A DNA stretch of 64,000 nucleotides, from IMG/VR virus record IMGVR_UViG_3300028569_001484, positions 1 through 64,000 of that record. One strand, written 5' to 3'. Within the stretch, counting starts at the first letter, position 1. Every line of letters begins with the position of its first letter. Position numbers and translations under genes: made by a program. The stretch is from a virus (Duplodnaviria > Caudoviricetes). The notes under the pieces were generated by a model. That model made no database searches, was not told where the DNA came from, and saw only the letters and a program-made list of their open reading frames with translations. Of this stretch, positions 39,722 through 49,910 are shown one piece after another.

Positions 39722-40268
39722 AAATATAATTAATTTTATAAATTATAAATCATATAAATTTTCTATTAAAAATAATAGTAGATGTAAAATTTGCACTAGT
39801 AACGATCTAAACAGGTGTAAAAAAATATCAAACGCTGTAACTAAGAGACAATTAGGTTCAAAATTAAGTGAAAAAACAAAAGAAAAATTATCTTTAAAAT
39901 TTCTCGGTAAAAATAATCCTATGTATGGTAAAGATGGTGGGATGTTTGGTAAAAAACATTCAAACATTAGTAAAGAAAAACAATCATTGGCTAGAAAATC
40001 TTATTGGGATAAAAAGAGGATTTTGCCTAGAAATAAATTTCAAGAATATAGAGATTCCGTTGATTGTTTGACCAGAAAACAACCGATTCATTTGTTGGAA
40101 AATTCTAACAAACGAGGAAAAGCTGGAATAGAAGGCGCCTTTCATTTAGATCATATAATATCTGTTTGGTACGGTTATCATCACAATATACCGGCTGAAG
40201 AAATTGCTAATATTAAAAATTTGAGGTTTATTTCTTGGTTAGAAAATCAAAAAAAGTGGTGTAATTAA
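39579..40268 (+). mobile_element. HNH homing-type endonuclease with NUMOD3 motifs
   Basis: WTKICPQC, NNPMYGK, MFGKKHS, FHLDHIIS...NLRFISWLENQKK. Confidence 0.8.
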
Positions 40269-40278
40269 AAATATTTTC

Positions 40279-40307
40279 TTGACTGTGGATCTTAGTTGAG
40301 GTATCAT
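40279..40307 (+). promoter_or_regulatory. sigma70-like promoter, probably leaderless transcript
   Basis: TTGACT-17 nt-TATCAT-AATCTA-ATG(40314). Confidence 0.7.
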
Positions 40308-40313
40308 AATCTA

Positions 40314-41273
40314 ATGAATGAATTTATAGATTTTCAAATTAAACCGTCTGAAAAAACACAATCTTTATGGGTGGAAAAATATCGTCCTGACGTATTGGAC
40401 GGCTATGTTTGTGACGATCATTTGAAAAATATCTTGAAGGATTTTATTTTCAAAAAAGATGTTCCTCATTTGTTGCTTCATGGAAATGCTGGTACTGGCA
40501 AGACAACTCTTGCCAAGATTATAACCAAGAATATTCCATGTGATGTAATGTACGTAAATGCTTCGGACAATACTGGTGTAGATTTTGTTCGTGACAAGAT
40601 TAGACCATTTGCTTCTTCAATGGGGTTTTATGATCTTAAGATTGTTATCTTGGACGAATCTGATTATATGTCAACTGCTTCACAAGCATCACTACGTAAT
40701 CTTATGGAAACTTATAGTAAGTCTACTCGATTTATTCTTACTTGTAATTATGTAGAAAAAATTATTTCTCCGTTAATTAGTCGTTGTCAATCGTTTCAAA
40801 TTGAACCGCCTGCCAAGAAAGATGTAGCTCTTTATTCCAAGAATATACTTGACAAGGAAACTATCAAGTATGAATTGTCCGAGTTAAAGACCGTTGTAGA
40901 TAGTTTTTATCCGGATATTCGTAAAATTGTTAACTTCCTCCAACAGAGTTCTACAAATGGAACTTTGAAGTTGGGTAAAATACAGAGTGCTAGCTTTGAT
41001 TTGAAGAACAAGTTAATTGACTTATTAAAGTCTGCTAAGACAAATGGCAAGTCATTTAATGAAATTCGTCAATTGATTAATGATGCGGGTACACGTAATT
41101 TTGAAGAACTTTATACAGAACTATATTCTAGAATTGACGAATATGCAGTTGGTAAAGAAACATTAATTATTATAGAAATCGCAGAATATGTATATCAGAG
41201 TAGTATGGTTGTAGACAAAGAAATTACATTTATGGCTTGTGTTGCTAAGATTATTAAATCAATAAATAAATAA
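40314..41273 (+). CDS. clamp-loader ATPase (RFC small subunit / T4 gp44-like)
   Basis: WVEKYRP, GNAGTGKTT, NASD, ILDESD, FILTCN, SRC. Confidence 0.92.
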   Translation: MNEFIDFQIKPSEKTQSLWVEKYRPDVLDGYVCDDHLKNILKDFIFKKDVPHLLLHGNAGTGKTTLAKIITKNIPCDVMYVNASDNTGVDFVRDKIRPFASSMGFYDLKIVILDESDYMSTASQASLRNLMETYSKSTRFILTCNYVEKIISPLISRCQSFQIEPPAKKDVALYSKNILDKETIKYELSELKTVVDSFYPDIRKIVNFLQQSSTNGTLKLGKIQSASFDLKNKLIDLLKSAKTNGKSFNEIRQLINDAGTRNFEELYTELYSRIDEYAVGKETLIIIEIAEYVYQSSMVVDKEITFMACVAKIIKSINK

Positions 41274-41274
41274 T

Positions 41275-42570
41275 ATGTCATCTTTAAATGAAAATGCGGA
41301 TAGAGACCTTTATAATGTTATATATGATATCAAATCCGAATGGTTTGATATTGTGTATATATTACACAGTGATAAACGTTCTTCTTTGGAAATTACCACT
41401 AAAACAAAGTCGTTAACATTTCCTATGTTTACGGGCGGTCAACGTAGTATTTCTTTTAAAGTAGATAAAGAAGATATAGTTGACAGTACATTTAAATTTA
41501 AGATCAAGAAAGTAAATAACATTGATGTGGATATTAAATCCATAATAAATCGAGAAAATTTTTATGATTTTCTCGGACTCAAACAACATATGGATAATTC
41601 ATCCATTGAATATTTTAAACAAACAAAAAAAACAATAGAATCTAATAGACTTACTATTCAATGGTTTGTAACTTGGAAATGCAATATGGCTTGCAACTAT
41701 TGTTGGCAAGAATCAGCTAGTGATATTTACAGAACACTAGGTAACAAAACATTAAAAACGGCAAGGGATTGGGCAGATGCAATCAATAAATTAAATCCAG
41801 CTCATTTATATTTAACAGGTGGAGAGCCAACTTTATATAAAGAGTTGCCTGATTTAATTGGAATGTTAAATGATGATATCACGATTGATATGACTTCAAA
41901 TTTTGGTAAAACATTCGATTTAGAAAAATGGAAAAATATAGACGCTAGCAAATGGAATATTATATTTTTTAGTTTGCATCCTACGCAATGGGAAAATCCA
42001 AATGATTTCTTTGATAAACTAGAAAAGTTTTTTGAAATATTTGATGCTCGAAAAGTGGGCATTGAGATGGTATTACATCCTGACAATACTAAGTTGGTAG
42101 ATCCTAATAAAATAATTGAGTTTTCTAAAAAACATAATCTCGCTGATCCGCATTTAGATGCATTCGTAGATTCAAATATTAAAAATATTAATTTCTCAAA
42201 AGATATAAGTTCGTTGACAGATGATTTGTATCCTAACTATTCTACAGATTATAAGTTTATAGAAAGGACTACCGACAAATCAAGACAACCTATTTTTTGT
42301 CCGGCTGGGTGGAAAAAAATTAATGTTGATTTTGAAGGAAATATCTTTACGTGTATGAGTGCTATTGATCGATCAAAGTTATTTCATCAATCTGCAATGC
42401 CCCATTATACACCAATTGCAAATATTTTTGATAAAGACTTTGAATTGAAGAAGGAACCGGTAATTTGTTGGGAATCATTCAGATGTTCGGCTTGTGATTA
42501 TCAAATGTTGCAACACGCTTGGAGACCTTTCAAGAATAACTTTGACTTTCAACTACCAATTGTCGAATGA
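41275..42570 (+). CDS. radical SAM/SPASM protein
   Basis: CNMACNYC, TGGEPTL, CPAG...G-x-IFTC, C-terminal Cys cluster. Confidence 0.85.
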   Translation: MSSLNENADRDLYNVIYDIKSEWFDIVYILHSDKRSSLEITTKTKSLTFPMFTGGQRSISFKVDKEDIVDSTFKFKIKKVNNIDVDIKSIINRENFYDFLGLKQHMDNSSIEYFKQTKKTIESNRLTIQWFVTWKCNMACNYCWQESASDIYRTLGNKTLKTARDWADAINKLNPAHLYLTGGEPTLYKELPDLIGMLNDDITIDMTSNFGKTFDLEKWKNIDASKWNIIFFSLHPTQWENPNDFFDKLEKFFEIFDARKVGIEMVLHPDNTKLVDPNKIIEFSKKHNLADPHLDAFVDSNIKNINFSKDISSLTDDLYPNYSTDYKFIERTTDKSRQPIFCPAGWKKINVDFEGNIFTCMSAIDRSKLFHQSAMPHYTPIANIFDKDFELKKEPVICWESFRCSACDYQMLQHAWRPFKNNFDFQLPIVE

Positions 42571-43397
42571 TTAATTATCACACATACTATTTAAATGAGA
42601 ATAAAAAATCCATTGAAAAATGGGATTTTGATGGTAATAATCCAACTCATTTGATTGGAGATTATAATCACAATTTAATAGCAAATGAATTATTAAAAAA
42701 TTTATCTACAATCGCGTCTAACAAAGATGTAATTGATATTGGATGTCGAGATGGATTTTATTCATTTTTGTTTGAGAAAATATCAAAAACAGTCACTAGT
42801 CTAGATATGGACAATAGAGAAACCAGACAATATGTACATAGTTTTTTAAATTCTAAGTCTAAATTTATTCATAGTAATATTTACGATATTATTAATTGGG
42901 ACAATAATATAAAATATGATATTGTATTTATTGCCGATTTATTAGTTCACTTAGAAAATCCAATAGGAGCACTTAAGTTATTACATACTATTTGCAAAGA
43001 AAAAATAATTATTATTTCTGATTTTTTTGATGATACATCATATGATACAGATGTTGTTAGAAAAAGCATTCACTTCAACGAGGATTTAGTGGGAAATGGT
43101 ACTATATCAGTGGGTCATATGTTTTTTCCATGGGTATTTTCGCTTAAATCTTTATTTTCATTGTTGAAAATTACAGGATTTAGCGATATTAAAATAATTA
43201 ACACGTATGACATTCAGAGTATTAATATTAAAAGTATAAATAATCCATCCGATACTTTTATAAGAAAGTTTGTGATGATAGAAGCCTCTCCAAATGTAAA
43301 TACGAATGAAAATGATCTTACATACAACTATAAAGACTCTAATGTTTATAAAATTAATCCACATTTTAGTTCTTTATATCCATCATTTAAAGTTTAA
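42567..43397 (+). CDS. class I SAM methyltransferase
   Basis: VIDIGCRDGFYS, YDIVF...LLVHLENPI. Confidence 0.85.
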   Translation: MINYHTYYLNENKKSIEKWDFDGNNPTHLIGDYNHNLIANELLKNLSTIASNKDVIDIGCRDGFYSFLFEKISKTVTSLDMDNRETRQYVHSFLNSKSKFIHSNIYDIINWDNNIKYDIVFIADLLVHLENPIGALKLLHTICKEKIIIISDFFDDTSYDTDVVRKSIHFNEDLVGNGTISVGHMFFPWVFSLKSLFSLLKITGFSDIKIINTYDIQSINIKSINNPSDTFIRKFVMIEASPNVNTNENDLTYNYKDSNVYKINPHFSSLYPSFKV

Positions 43398-43405
43398 ATC
43401 ATTTT

Positions 43406-44416
43406 ATGTCAAATATGAATGGTGTAAATAAAAAAACAGCAGTTGTACTAGGTGCGGGTGGATTTATAGGCGGACACTTGGTTAAACGATTAAAAGAGGA
43501 GGGGTACTGGGTTCGTGGTGTTGACATTAAAAATAATGAATATCACAACTATGCCGATGAATTTATATTTGGGGATTTAACAAATCCATCCATTGTTGAA
43601 TCTGTTATTTTACAAAATGTAGACGAAGTATACCAATTAGCCGCCGATATGGGTGGAGCATTGTATATATTTACTGGGCAAAATGATGCTAACGTAATGA
43701 GGAATTCAGCATTAATTAATCTTAACGTTGTAAACGAATGTGTAAAAAAGAATGTTAAACGAGTTTTTTATTCATCTAGTGCATGTATATACCCTGAATA
43801 TAATCAAATGGATCCAAACAATCCTAAATGTTCAGAAAGCGATGCTTATCCAGCTGGTCCAGACAGTGAATATGGATGGGAAAAGTTGTTTAGTGAAAGA
43901 TTATATTTAGCTTATAATAGAAATTATAAGCTAGATGTTAGAATTGCTAGATTTCACAATATATTCGGTCCATATGGAACGTATAAGGGTGGTAAGGAAA
44001 AAGCGCCTGCTGCTATGTGTAGAAAGGCAATTGAGTCGGTCGATGGAGGGGAATTGGAAGTTTGGGGGGACGGATTGCAAACTCGTTCTTTTTTATATAT
44101 AGATGATTGTATAGAATCTGTTTTGAGATTTATGAGACAAGATTCATTTTTAGGGCCTGTTAATATAGGATCTGAAGAAATGGTTTCTATTAATCAATTA
44201 ACACAAATGGCAATTGATTTGACTGGTAAAAATATATTTATTAAAAATATCTATGGTGATGAGTTTAATAAAAAATATGGATTTAAGTGTCCGACAGGCG
44301 TTAGAGGTCGTAATTCGGATAATAAATTATATTTTGAAAAAATGGGATGGTTGCCGTCTCAATCTCTTAAAGATGGAATTAAAAAAACATTTAATTGGAT
44401 AACACAAGTTATTTAA
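43406..44416 (+). CDS. GDP-mannose 3,5-epimerase-like NAD-dependent epimerase
   Basis: GAGGFIG, LAADMGG, SSACIYPE, YGWEK, RFHNIFGP, GVRGRNSDN. Confidence 0.88.
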   Translation: MSNMNGVNKKTAVVLGAGGFIGGHLVKRLKEEGYWVRGVDIKNNEYHNYADEFIFGDLTNPSIVESVILQNVDEVYQLAADMGGALYIFTGQNDANVMRNSALINLNVVNECVKKNVKRVFYSSSACIYPEYNQMDPNNPKCSESDAYPAGPDSEYGWEKLFSERLYLAYNRNYKLDVRIARFHNIFGPYGTYKGGKEKAPAAMCRKAIESVDGGELEVWGDGLQTRSFLYIDDCIESVLRFMRQDSFLGPVNIGSEEMVSINQLTQMAIDLTGKNIFIKNIYGDEFNKKYGFKCPTGVRGRNSDNKLYFEKMGWLPSQSLKDGIKKTFNWITQVI

Positions 44417-44431
44417 TATAATTATATAAAA

Positions 44432-45202
44432 ATGAGCGATGTAAAAAAAATATTAATTGGTATACCTGTTAAGAACTGCGGCGCATGGTTAGAAACCACT
44501 GTTCGACAGATAATTAATCTTAATTATCATAAAGAAAGCATATCAATTGTTTTTATAGAAAACGATAGTGAAGATTATTCTCATAATGTGATAGAATATT
44601 GTGTAGATAAGTTATTAAAAAAGTATGCGTACAGATCTGTATCTTACGAAAGAAAAGAACTAGGATTTCATTTACCGCACGAATCTAGACATGATTTCAG
44701 ACATACAACCGGTCGTATGAACAGTTTAAAAGTTATACGTAATTACATTGTTGATACATATTTAAAAGACAATGATTATTTATGGTGGGTAGATGCAGAT
44801 TATCAATACATTCCGCCAAACTTTTTAATTGATGCTGTCAATTTTGATAAAGACATAATTATGCCTAGAGTTGAAGTAGACGGCATTAATTATGATGGGA
44901 TGACGCATGCTGATATAGATGGATTAGGAGTTCCAATTGATGAAGTCGCTAAAAAATTTGATTGTGATTTCTATCCAATGAACTTGGTTGAATGTGCGGC
45001 GTTGATATCTCGTAAAGTATTTGATTATGGACTACGATATGATAGTGGAATTTTAAAAGGAAATGATGGCACTGAACATTTCTATCAAGAAGGTACTCAT
45101 TTTTCTCATAGAGCTAAATTATCTGGATTTACATTATATGGTTCATTAAAACATATTATAATTCATCAATCGATAAATGGAATGATACCATTTGAGGGAT
45201 AA
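44432..45202 (+). CDS. GT-A glycosyltransferase (GT2/Anp1-like)
   Basis: IGIPVKN, IENDSED, RN...LWWVDAD. Confidence 0.75.
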   Translation: MSDVKKILIGIPVKNCGAWLETTVRQIINLNYHKESISIVFIENDSEDYSHNVIEYCVDKLLKKYAYRSVSYERKELGFHLPHESRHDFRHTTGRMNSLKVIRNYIVDTYLKDNDYLWWVDADYQYIPPNFLIDAVNFDKDIIMPRVEVDGINYDGMTHADIDGLGVPIDEVAKKFDCDFYPMNLVECAALISRKVFDYGLRYDSGILKGNDGTEHFYQEGTHFSHRAKLSGFTLYGSLKHIIIHQSINGMIPFEG

Positions 45203-45209
45203 CAATTTT

Positions 45210-45829
45210 ATGCATATAGATTTAAAAAAAATTGAGACAAGAGTATTGACAATACCTAGTAATGAAAATAAATTACTTCATTTAAAATCTGTATTAGGGG
45301 TGAATTAAATATAAATATATACTACGGTCTTACATTACCAAGACCACTTGGATGTGATCTGTCTTTAATTAAATTGTGGAATGTTATCAAACCGCCGATT
45401 TTGATATTAGAAGATGATTGTTGTCCCACTGAATTTTTTAAAACAGAACTTAATGTGCCGGATGACGCCGATGTTGTACATATAGGTACATCTGGTTGGG
45501 GTGTAACAAATGGAAACTCAGAATGGCATAATTTCGAATTAACTAAATATAATGATGATTATTATAAAATAAACGGAATGACTAGTGCTCATGGCATGTT
45601 ATTTTTGACAGAAAGATATTTGAAAGCTTTACTAGGTATAGGGGAAAAATATCCTATATTATGTGATTTAGGAGGTGTTGGAATTGATTATTTTACATGT
45701 CAAGAACAACATAAATATAATGTGTATGGAGTAGCCAAACCATTAGTATATCAAAATGATCCTTGTACAGAGGGAATGACTAAATATCCATTGGAAGACG
45801 TATATAAATCAAAATATGGTAACTTGTAA
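45210..45829 (+). pseudogene. GT25-like glycosyltransferase with 1-nt frameshift (G4 run 45297-45300)
   Basis: ATG 45210 frame stops after VLGVN; one extra base joins it to PLGC...LILEDD...AHG frame (206 aa). Confidence 0.7.
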
Positions 45830-46592
45830 ACTTAAAGGCGGTTTAGGAAATCAATTATTTCAGATCGCAACGGTATGTAATTTAGCGATGGAAAATAATG
45901 ATTCTTATGTGTTTAATTTTGAAGATTGTTATACTCCGATGCAAGGATTCCAATCTTCAAAATATAAAGAGACCATATATAACAATTTCCACGAAATAAA
46001 TAATCTTGTTGGAAATAATTTTTATGTAGAACCAACATTTGAATATAAACAAATACCATATTCAAACAATATTATTTTGGATGGTTATTTTCAAAGTGAA
46101 AAATATTTTTATAATAATAAAGATAACATTGTCAAGTTATTTGATCTAAATTATAAATCAGATGAAATTTGCAAATTTTTAGAACAGATACCCAAACCTG
46201 TAACATCCGTACATATTAGACGAGGAGACTATTTACCATTTACTCACATAGTAAATGCGTTGAATGAGAAATATTATTTAGAAACAATTCAAATGATTAA
46301 TGATAAAACCCAGTCATTTTTAATGTTTTCAGATGATATTACATGGGTTAAAGAAAAGTATAAACTGAAAAATGTGTATTTCTCAGAATTTAATGATGAA
46401 TTGTGTGATTTAATATTGATGAGCAAGTGTGATAATAATATAATAGCAAATAGTACATTTAGTTGGTGGGGTGCTTATCTAAATAAAAATAAAAATAAAA
46501 ATAAAACCGTGCTGTCTCCTAAAATATGGTTTAATCCATCATCTGGTATTAATGATAAAGATATCATTCCCAATTCGTGGATAAAAATATGA
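45816..46592 (+). CDS. alpha-1,2-fucosyltransferase (GT11)
   Basis: GGLGNQLFQ, GYFQSEKYF, HIRRGDY, FSDD, NSTFSWWGA. Confidence 0.92.
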   Translation: MVTCKLKGGLGNQLFQIATVCNLAMENNDSYVFNFEDCYTPMQGFQSSKYKETIYNNFHEINNLVGNNFYVEPTFEYKQIPYSNNIILDGYFQSEKYFYNNKDNIVKLFDLNYKSDEICKFLEQIPKPVTSVHIRRGDYLPFTHIVNALNEKYYLETIQMINDKTQSFLMFSDDITWVKEKYKLKNVYFSEFNDELCDLILMSKCDNNIIANSTFSWWGAYLNKNKNKNKTVLSPKIWFNPSSGINDKDIIPNSWIKI

Positions 46593-46596
46593 TTGT

Positions 46597-47277
46597 TTAA
46601 TTATTAGTTATGATAAAAGATTTTCCAAATGTAGCATACGTTTGATATTCAATATATCCCCATTTATTTTGGTTATCAAAATAATCATAGAATGCTTTTT
46701 GTTCCCCTTTGTTTTTGTTTCCTTTAAAATTAAACCAATCGTCAAATAGTAATAAAGTACCTTCTTGTAATAAAGGAGTTATGCCTTGTAAAACAGTTTT
46801 GGTTGATGAATACAAATCACAGTCTATATGAATTAAAGCAGCTTTTTTATATATTGAAGGTATTGTTGCGATTGTAGTTGAATGGAATTCTCCGATTTCA
46901 ATATTTGGTCTGGGTAAATTATATGTTTCAAATAATTTATAAACTACAGTTTCACTTACTTTTTCACCAATTTTACACACTGGATGAAATGAATGATTAA
47001 TATTAAATATTTTTTTTGTCCATCTAGGATGATCATCATTATCAGATAAACCTTCAAATGAATCAAATCCAATTATTTGTCTATTAAAATTTACTTTGTG
47101 TATACTTTCCTTGCTTTTTTGATGAAAGTATGATAACAAGGCTAAACTTCGGCCTGTATATACACCGAACTCTAATATATCTCCTTCAATCAATTCATAA
47201 TCTATAAATCGAATTGCTGTTTTGAAAAAGGAAGATCTTACGTCGAAATCTATTAAAACATTAATGTCGCTTTCCAT
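46597..47277 (-). CDS. TylF/MycF family O-methyltransferase
   Basis: GDILEFGVY-x-G-x-S, GFDSFEGL, IHIDCDLYSS, FDDW. Confidence 0.88.
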   Translation of the reverse strand: MESDINVLIDFDVRSSFFKTAIRFIDYELIEGDILEFGVYTGRSLALLSYFHQKSKESIHKVNFNRQIIGFDSFEGLSDNDDHPRWTKKIFNINHSFHPVCKIGEKVSETVVYKLFETYNLPRPNIEIGEFHSTTIATIPSIYKKAALIHIDCDLYSSTKTVLQGITPLLQEGTLLLFDDWFNFKGNKNKGEQKAFYDYFDNQNKWGYIEYQTYATFGKSFIITNN

Positions 47278-47287
47278 ATATATAACT

Positions 47288-47868
47288 ATGAATGATTGGT
47301 TTAAAGACGATGGCGATAACACTTTGAGAATAAATTATAATTTAAATGAAACAAGTCTTGTTGTAGATCTAGGTGGATACGAAGGAACATTTTCACAAAA
47401 AATATATGATAAGTATAATTGTAATATTATATGTTTTGAACCATGTAGTCATTTTTTTGAAAAAATAAAAATGAGATTCCATGGAATCGATAAAATAAAA
47501 ATTTATAATTTAGGGGTTGGAAATTTAACAGAAACTAAAGTTTTGTATTGTTGTGAAGATGCTACAAGTTTTTATTGCAAAGTTGGAAACCATTCCGAAT
47601 CTTCTAATATAATATCGTTTGATAGTTTTGTATCAGATATACATTGTATAGATTTATTGAAAATAAATATAGAAGGTAGTGAATACGAACTATTAGAACA
47701 TATACTTGAAAAAATCTGCAAAATAAAATACGTAATATACAAGTTCAGTTTCATAACTGGGTAGAAAATTGCGAAGATCGTAGAAAAAACATACAAGATG
47801 TACTTAGAAAAACACACCAGTTAACATATAATTATGATTTTGTTTGGGAAAATTGGGAACGGTTATAA
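47288..47868 (+). pseudogene. FkbM family methyltransferase with 1-nt frameshift (A6 run 47709-47714)
   Basis: VDLGGYEG, FEP, LLKINIEGSEYE; one extra A continues into IQVQFH...FVWENW to stop at 47868 (193 aa). Confidence 0.8.
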
Positions 47869-47908
47869 ATATGGGGTTTAAAACCATAATTTATATATTT
47901 ATAAGTAT

Positions 47909-48442
47909 ATGACAAAGTTAAAAGAACTGGGCGACCTCGGAGATAGAATGATGCAAGGTTTACCTTTTGCTCAAGGAGGAGCTGTTTCTGGTGCTTCTGA
48001 TGTGTCAACTTTTGCAAGTCCCGACGTATCTCAAGACCCAAATCATTTCGGTACACTAACAGATAAAAGTAATATTACAGCCGGTGCTAAAGATTCAATG
48101 GAAAAAATATCACCATTTGGTCCATATACTGGTCAAAATCCAAGAGATTATGTGGGCGATGTTGAAAAAATCAAATACAAAGTAACTCCAGATGAAGTTA
48201 TTATGGGTATTGATTATGAAATGAAAAAATTAGTATTGAAAGACAAACAAGTGGCTAAACAAAATGTTGTAAATAATCTAAAGAAAGATCCTCAATACTA
48301 CAGTAAACTTCATATGTTGGATATAACAGATGAACCAGAAAAGATAGATGAAACAGATTATCGTACTCCACAAGAAAAAGCTATAGCTGAAATAATGAGA
48401 AATTTACACGAAGCAAAAAAACAACGTAGAAACTGGAACTAA
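47909..48442 (+). CDS. putative virion protein with DUF5661-like motif
   Basis: MGIDYEM...NLKKDPQYYSKL; TATTTAT upstream. Confidence 0.6.
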   Translation: MTKLKELGDLGDRMMQGLPFAQGGAVSGASDVSTFASPDVSQDPNHFGTLTDKSNITAGAKDSMEKISPFGPYTGQNPRDYVGDVEKIKYKVTPDEVIMGIDYEMKKLVLKDKQVAKQNVVNNLKKDPQYYSKLHMLDITDEPEKIDETDYRTPQEKAIAEIMRNLHEAKKQRRNWN

Positions 48443-48443
48443 T

Positions 48444-48644
48444 ATGGCTAACTTTGCTAAAGATAAACCCACATACCGTAAGGCCGATCCACTTCACAAA
48501 GGTTGGCACTATATTGGCGACGGCAGATTTCACGATCCAAGTGTTGGTAGCGATCCAATGAGAGGTCGTAGATGGATGATTGATCCAGGAGCTGGTAGTG
48601 GTAAAAGCTTTTCAAAATTTCAACAAGGACTAAAGAATGATTAA
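48444..48644 (+). CDS. hypothetical protein
   Basis: Tightly coupled ORF. Confidence 0.6.
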   Translation: MANFAKDKPTYRKADPLHKGWHYIGDGRFHDPSVGSDPMRGRRWMIDPGAGSGKSFSKFQQGLKND

Positions 48645-49893
48645 TAATTTAGATAAATTGCCAGGTGGTATAGGTGACAATACTCCTACAAACGAAGTAG
48701 ATCCTATACAACTCTCTATCGGAATTCAGATAGAAATGGAACATACAAACGATATTAAAATTGCGCAATCTATTGCTATGGATCATTTAACTGAAGATCC
48801 TAAATATTATAGCAAATTAGTTGCTACGGGATTAGCAAAAGAATTTAAACCCTCCACCGGCTCTGGATTAGGCGATACAAATCAAAGTATTAATGATAAA
48901 TCTAGAATTGGTGTTGACGGACTAAAGAAAGGAAATATGCACGGAAAAATTGGAAATACTCCAGATGGACAAGTTGATGGTAGACGCAGTGATCCAGTTG
49001 TAAATAAGACTATTGATGTGGAACTTGAAGAACAAGTCTTTAGTAGTTTAGAAGAAGCTATGTTAGACGAAAAGAAAAGAAGAAAGAAAGGCAAAGGTAA
49101 AAGAAAACCAAAGCCAACCAATCCTGCTTTATGGGCTAGAGCCAAATCCGCAGCAAGATCTAAATTTGACATTTATCCCAGCGCTTATGCTAATGGTTGG
49201 GCCGCTAAATGGTATAAGAGTAAAGGCGGCGGATGGCGAATGAGTGAGAATTATCCAGCCCAAGCTATGGAAAGTCCATTTCCATCAGATTCAACAATGA
49301 CTGGATCTGGTACAAATGGCAGTGGATATGATTTTGTCGGATATGCAGAAAGCAAACAAACTATGAATAAACAACAACTAAAAGAAGCTATTAAACGAAT
49401 GATTCGTGAAATAGAACAAGACGACGTAAGTGTAGATGCTGAAAAAGAAGCAGTAACTATTACTCTTGATCGTGAACTTGCTCAAAAACTACACGATTTA
49501 TTAATGACACAATTAACTCCTGCGGGAGAAGATGCAGAACAAACTCCAGCTGGACCAGAAGATGCAAATGCCGTAGTACCCGCTGAAGATGATGTGGAAG
49601 CTAAAGCTGATAATATGAGCAGCGATCAATTGCCAATTAAGGCTGGTGGCGAAAGTGGTGAATCTGTTGATGATGTTACATCTGACGAATCCGATTCAAT
49701 GGATGAAGCTAAAAAACAATGGATACAAAAAGCGATTAGCAAACCAGGCGCTTTGAAGAAAGCTTTACGCGTTCCAGCTGGAGAAAAGATTCCAGCTAAA
49801 AAATTAGCTGCAGCTGCAAAAAAAGGTGGAAAAATGGGTCAAAGAGCAAGATTGGCTAAAACACTTCGTAAGTTAAAAGAAAGTCTAGAATAA
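48637..49893 (+). CDS. modular putative internal head protein
   Basis: DUF5661-like GIQIEMEH...DHLTEDPKYYSKL, PSAYANGW...YKSKGGGWR module, WIQKAI...ARLAKTL module, separated by LxE/MxE sites. Confidence 0.65.
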   Translation: MINNLDKLPGGIGDNTPTNEVDPIQLSIGIQIEMEHTNDIKIAQSIAMDHLTEDPKYYSKLVATGLAKEFKPSTGSGLGDTNQSINDKSRIGVDGLKKGNMHGKIGNTPDGQVDGRRSDPVVNKTIDVELEEQVFSSLEEAMLDEKKRRKKGKGKRKPKPTNPALWARAKSAARSKFDIYPSAYANGWAAKWYKSKGGGWRMSENYPAQAMESPFPSDSTMTGSGTNGSGYDFVGYAESKQTMNKQQLKEAIKRMIREIEQDDVSVDAEKEAVTITLDRELAQKLHDLLMTQLTPAGEDAEQTPAGPEDANAVVPAEDDVEAKADNMSSDQLPIKAGGESGESVDDVTSDESDSMDEAKKQWIQKAISKPGALKKALRVPAGEKIPAKKLAAAAKKGGKMGQRARLAKTLRKLKESLE

Positions 49894-49910
49894 TATTCAA
49901 ATTAAGATCT

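Noticed and set aside
46482-46505. (AATAAA)4 repeat in the GT11 gene as a phase-variation switch
   Set aside because: The unit is 6 nt, so copy changes keep the frame (NKNKNKNK).
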